From the IMG/VR virus record IMGVR_UViG_2778261440_000004, positions 51,237-71,236 of that record: 20,000 nucleotides of DNA. One strand, written 5' to 3'. Shown here piece after piece: positions 16,504 through 20,000 of this stretch. The first letter of the stretch is position 1. Each line of letters opens with the position of its first letter. The notes under the pieces are model-generated. The model did not search any database and was not told the origin of the DNA. It worked only from the letters and a program-made list of their open reading frames with translations. Made by a program: the position numbers and the translations under genes. The DNA comes from an uncultured virus (IMG/VR IMGVR_UViG_2778261440_000004) (Duplodnaviria > Heunggongvirae > Uroviricota > Caudoviricetes).

Positions 16504-17828
16504 GCATATATCAACATTTTAATTTTCAAGATGATGACTCTACAGAGAGTCTAAACCTTAGAGATTTAGGGATTTTACCCCATGGGTTATACCGTGGTTT
16601 TGATGCCGTAATGACTAACTCCATGGTTCTTGAATTAAATCATGCTTCTACTGGATTGGACCAGGTATTGTCAGATAATGTAACAACTGAAACTGTAGGT
16701 GTTGTTAGATCAAAACAGGGGGCAATAATTCGTTCATCAGATACTCATCTAGTACAAATTTCAGCCGCTGATCCTAATTTACCTAGAATTGATTTAGTTG
16801 TTGTTGAATTTGAATATGAGCAAATTCAAGGAGGAGGTAATACAGTAATTTACTCTATAGATGGAACTCCAGCTTCTTCACCTGTATCACCTTCATTAAC
16901 GTTTCCGACTAAACAAGTTATTATAGGTGAACTTTATATTCCTTCCGGAGTAAATAGTTTAAATGATTCAGGTGTGAATTACACACGTCCAGAATCACCT
17001 TTTTTCAATGATGATCCTATTCCAAGTGATATTGCAAGATTAAATGAAGAACAAAGCTTCACTAAATTACAAAGCTTTGCATATTTAGCCGCTACGTATA
17101 ATTCATCTCAATATTCAATTGATATTCAATCAGCAAACACAAATCTTTTACTACTAATAAATAGTACCACAGAGATTAGGTTTATTTCGAACTCATTATC
17201 TGGGACTATATTGAATTTCATTGTTGATTTATTTGGATCAGGTACCCGTAATTTCAAGTTAATTCATGATTACAGTGGTACAATACCGTCAGGGTATTCC
17301 AAATTATACATACCCGGAGAAAAAAATATAGAGGTTGCCGATGAGCGTGGTTCATTCGAGGTAATTAAAACTTCAACAGATTACTATTATTTAGGCCATT
17401 GTAGTTTCACTTCTCCCAAAATTGGTGATTGGATAAATGTTGGAGACACAAATGCTCCTGCACCTAATATCGGATGGAAATTACCAAGTAGCTCGGTATA
17501 TTCTGCTGATTTTCTCAGATTTAGAAAAGACCTTAGAACAGGTAAAGTTGATATTCAAGGAGCTATTGAAGTTGACAATACAGGACCTCTTACTCTAGGT
17601 GCTACAATGTTTACTCTACCTTCCGAATATACATCTAGTGTTAGAACTCACATTCAAGCAACTATTTATCAACTTGTAGGTTCATCAAATGAAATTCCTG
17701 TTTCAAATGCTTCATGTCAAATACTTCCATCTGGAGAAGTACAAGTGTTTACTGACGATACTAATATTTCTTTAGTTGAAGGAACGATTGTAAGTTTTAA
17801 TACATCTTTTACGCTATATAATACATAG
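16500..17828 (+). CDS. Baseplate-anchored tail fibre protein
   Basis: GTG start in a GTGA overlap. ISAADPNLPRIDLVVVE...GTPASSPVSPSL...IGELYIP is a common fibre/baseplate anchor motif. C-terminal LRFRKD...VDIQGAI...MFTLPSEY...ILPSGEV resembles phage fibre tip domains. Confidence 0.75.
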   Translation: MSIYQHFNFQDDDSTESLNLRDLGILPHGLYRGFDAVMTNSMVLELNHASTGLDQVLSDNVTTETVGVVRSKQGAIIRSSDTHLVQISAADPNLPRIDLVVVEFEYEQIQGGGNTVIYSIDGTPASSPVSPSLTFPTKQVIIGELYIPSGVNSLNDSGVNYTRPESPFFNDDPIPSDIARLNEEQSFTKLQSFAYLAATYNSSQYSIDIQSANTNLLLLINSTTEIRFISNSLSGTILNFIVDLFGSGTRNFKLIHDYSGTIPSGYSKLYIPGEKNIEVADERGSFEVIKTSTDYYYLGHCSFTSPKIGDWINVGDTNAPAPNIGWKLPSSSVYSADFLRFRKDLRTGKVDIQGAIEVDNTGPLTLGATMFTLPSEYTSSVRTHIQATIYQLVGSSNEIPVSNASCQILPSGEVQVFTDDTNISLVEGTIVSFNTSFTLYNT

Positions 17829-17840
17829 TCTTGTGTATTT

Positions 17841-17882
17841 TTGTTCCATCTCTTAACTATAATTCTTGATCATATGGAACAA
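17841..17882 (+). promoter_or_regulatory. Inverted repeat that pairs with the helicase start codon; TATAAT lies in the loop
   Basis: TTGTTCCAT (17841-17849) is the exact reverse complement of ATGGAACAA (17874-17882). TATAAT at 17858-17863 lies in the 24-nt loop. Confidence 0.5.
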
Positions 17883-20000
17883 TATCCCGAGCTTAAAAAA
17901 GCTCTTATGGCTTTTAGGGAATTATTAATTGAAAAAAAAATTCCTACTTCATCAATAGCTCAATACAGAGGGCTCTTACACAGTTTAAGAAAACAAGACT
18001 TTTGGAAAGAATCAGATGCAAGAACTTTGATTAAGATTCTTCAACCTCATAATTTGGTATTGAATAAAGTAAAAGGTATTCAAATAAATGATCTCAAAAT
18101 ATCATCTGATTTTAAATCTAATAATACCTTTTTCAATCAGAGTTCATACAAGACAATATCCTACTATGAAAATGGATTTGTTGTTAACTTTCAATATGAT
18201 CGTCTAATAGTTAATGAGATTAGAAAAATACCTGGTGCAGCTTTTCAAGCTGATAGATCATGGTTAATTCCAGTAACATCTGTTAGTGATCTCATACGAT
18301 TAAAGGATAAATATGATTTTAGGGTTGGTGATTCTGCAAAAAGGATGATGCATAATATAAATGGTAATCTTGAAGCATCTTACACAGCAGAATACATTGA
18401 ATTAAATCTTCCTCTAAAAAAGCAATTATATCCTTTTCAAACCGGTGGAGTTGATTACACAATAAGAAATATGAAAGTACTCATTGGTGATCAAATGGGA
18501 CTAGGTAAAACTCCACAAAGTATAGGTGCAGTTATAGGAATACATGAAAAGGTTCAACCAGCCTTTCCATGTTTAGTCGTATCACCAAAGTCTTTACGAT
18601 ACAATTGGAAGTTAGAATGGGATGGATGGACAAATAAAAAAGCGCATGTATTAGACAAGAAATTATTTAGGCAACTTAATAGATACCTAGAGTTAGATAT
18701 TCTTGATGTTGGTATAGTTAACTATGATGGACTTAAAACTTTATTTCTAGATAGTATTGATGAATACCTAACGCCTATGCTAGTATCTCCAAAAAAGAAA
18801 GCTCAATTAGCAAGAAAACGAGAACTACTTAAGAAAGAATTCAAACTGTATCAAAAAAATTCAAAAAATCAATCCTTGTCAAAGGAGGATTTAGAAAAAT
18901 GGGATAGAGAACTTAAAGAAAAGATTAAAGAATATAAAATGAAGGTTGTGAAGAGAGTCAACCTAAAACCTGAGATCAAACTTTTTAAGAGTATCATATT
19001 CGATGAGATACATGAGTGTCGCAATAAAAACACTTTAAAATTTAAACTATCAAAAGCTGCTGCAGAAGGTAAAGATGTTAGGATTGGTTTATCTGGAACT
19101 CCAATTGTTACCGGGCCCAAAGACTTAGCTTCAATCCTTGAAATATTAGGAAGAATAGAAGAGTTTGGAGGACATTATAAGTTCATCAAAACATATACAG
19201 ATATGAAATCATCATCCTTTAATTCTGGTACAGATCAACCGATGAACTTACGAGAATTAAATACTAAGTTGAGATCACTATGTTTTATTAGAAGAGAGAA
19301 GTTTCAAGTATTAAAAGACCTTCCTGAAAAATTCCGTCAAATTGTAAATGTTGACATTGATAACCAATCAGAGTATGATCATGCATTTAACTTTTTTCAA
19401 GATTATTTGAACACATTGAATTTATCAAGTGAACAAATTGATAGGGCTATGAGAGCAGAAATGCTTGTACAAATTAATAAGCTCAAACAAATTTCAGCAA
19501 AAGGAAAATTATCAGCTGTAAAAAACTTCGTTGAAGATGTATTGAACTCCGGTGAAAAACTTGTTGTTTTTACTTGGTTCAAAGACACAGCCTATTTCAT
19601 CAAGAACAATTTTGAAAATGTTGTAAGTATTACAGGTGATGATAGTGATGAAGAAATTCAAGAGAATAAAATAAGGTTTCAAGAAGGTGACGCTAAAATT
19701 ATTGTGTGTACATATCAGAAAGCATATGCTGGACACACATTAACAGCAGCATCTAAATTTCTTTCAATAGAATTGCCATGGACTTCAAGTTATGCAGATC
19801 AGGCAGAAGACAGATGTCATAGAATTGGACAGAAAAACGATGTTGATTGTTATTATTTCTTAGGTAGAAATACAATTGATGAAAAGATTTATTCTTTGAT
19901 TGATCAGAGGCGTAATTTGGAAAAGGAAGCTACTGGAGGTGAAACTGAAATTCAAACTTCAGTGTTCAATGAATTGAGTAAAGTACTCCTAAAGAAATAA
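17874..20000 (+). CDS. SNF2-family ATPase/helicase with N-terminal HARP-like domain (SMARCAL1-like)
   Basis: Motif I GDQMGLGKT (18486-18512), motif II DEIH (19002-19013), motif III LSGTP, GHTLTAAS, and motif VI QAEDRCHRIGQ. FQYDRLIVNEIRKIPGAAF...SWLIP is HARP-like. ATG 17874 preferred over TTG 17841. Stop TAA ends at base 20000. Confidence 0.93.
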   Translation: MEQYPELKKALMAFRELLIEKKIPTSSIAQYRGLLHSLRKQDFWKESDARTLIKILQPHNLVLNKVKGIQINDLKISSDFKSNNTFFNQSSYKTISYYENGFVVNFQYDRLIVNEIRKIPGAAFQADRSWLIPVTSVSDLIRLKDKYDFRVGDSAKRMMHNINGNLEASYTAEYIELNLPLKKQLYPFQTGGVDYTIRNMKVLIGDQMGLGKTPQSIGAVIGIHEKVQPAFPCLVVSPKSLRYNWKLEWDGWTNKKAHVLDKKLFRQLNRYLELDILDVGIVNYDGLKTLFLDSIDEYLTPMLVSPKKKAQLARKRELLKKEFKLYQKNSKNQSLSKEDLEKWDRELKEKIKEYKMKVVKRVNLKPEIKLFKSIIFDEIHECRNKNTLKFKLSKAAAEGKDVRIGLSGTPIVTGPKDLASILEILGRIEEFGGHYKFIKTYTDMKSSSFNSGTDQPMNLRELNTKLRSLCFIRREKFQVLKDLPEKFRQIVNVDIDNQSEYDHAFNFFQDYLNTLNLSSEQIDRAMRAEMLVQINKLKQISAKGKLSAVKNFVEDVLNSGEKLVVFTWFKDTAYFIKNNFENVVSITGDDSDEEIQENKIRFQEGDAKIIVCTYQKAYAGHTLTAASKFLSIELPWTSSYADQAEDRCHRIGQKNDVDCYYFLGRNTIDEKIYSLIDQRRNLEKEATGGETEIQTSVFNELSKVLLKK

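Noticed and set aside
10963..17828. Diversity-generating retroelement or invertible fibre cassette
   Set aside because: No reverse transcriptase or recombinase gene, and no near-identical template/variable repeat pair or inverted fibre segments noticed by eye. A self-alignment would be needed to exclude this fully.
17826..17843. TAG stop of the fibre gene is in frame with the helicase ORF (likewise TAG 3030-3032 with the tape measure), suggesting amber recoding or read-through fusion
   Set aside because: No gene in the window is interrupted by an internal TAG. Read-through of TAG 2875 and TAG 10287 meets TGA within a few codons. A fibre-helicase fusion is implausible, so the standard code fits.
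17932..17940. A9 run in the helicase (and A8 runs near 7136 and 12148) as slippage or phase-variation sites
   Set aside because: Reading frames are intact, the runs are Lys/Glu codons expected in AT-rich DNA, and I saw no evidence of a meaningful alternative product.
18750..18985. Mini-intein in the helicase
   Set aside because: Lacks the N-terminal Cys/Ser block and the C-terminal His-Asn followed by Cys/Ser/Thr; too short and too Lys-rich.
6839..19736. Other short minus-strand or alternate-frame ORFs (e.g. 6839-7075, 9952-10143, 12002-12295, 15623-15853, 18869-19120)
   Set aside because: All lie within longer, motif-supported + strand genes and show no independent evidence of coding.
1..20000. 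CRISPR array, tRNA/rRNA, IS element or att site
   Set aside because: Coding density is nearly complete, the longest true spacer is 107 bp, and no periodic repeats, cloverleaf or transposase motifs were seen.

Overview
An AT-rich, gene-dense window in which every credible gene lies on the + strand. It holds a near-complete contractile-tail morphogenesis operon, most likely from a myovirus or prophage. In order: tail sheath (5'-truncated), T4 gp19-type tube, gp26-like tail assembly chaperone, TP901-type tape measure, tube initiator, LysM/gpX-like protein, hub, spike, gp25, baseplate J-like and I-like wedge proteins, accessory fibre/adhesin genes, a family-4-like holin, a baseplate-anchored fibre, and a HARP-containing SNF2 (SMARCAL1-like) ATPase. 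No capsid, terminase, integrase, endolysin, RNA gene or CRISPR array is visible. Main hidden signals: (i) an unannotated programmed -1 frameshift (T TTT TTC, 2850-2856) extends the chaperone by 58 aa to a stop that abuts the tape-measure ATG; (ii) all three non-overlapping gene junctions downstream of the tape measure carry a stem-loop covering or abutting the next start codon (gp25, holin, helicase); (iii) a compositionally foreign 3.1-kb cassette encodes an 859-aa protein with three degenerate repeats and a nested ~300-aa domain. All family assignments come from motif recognition and gene order by eye, not from database searches.
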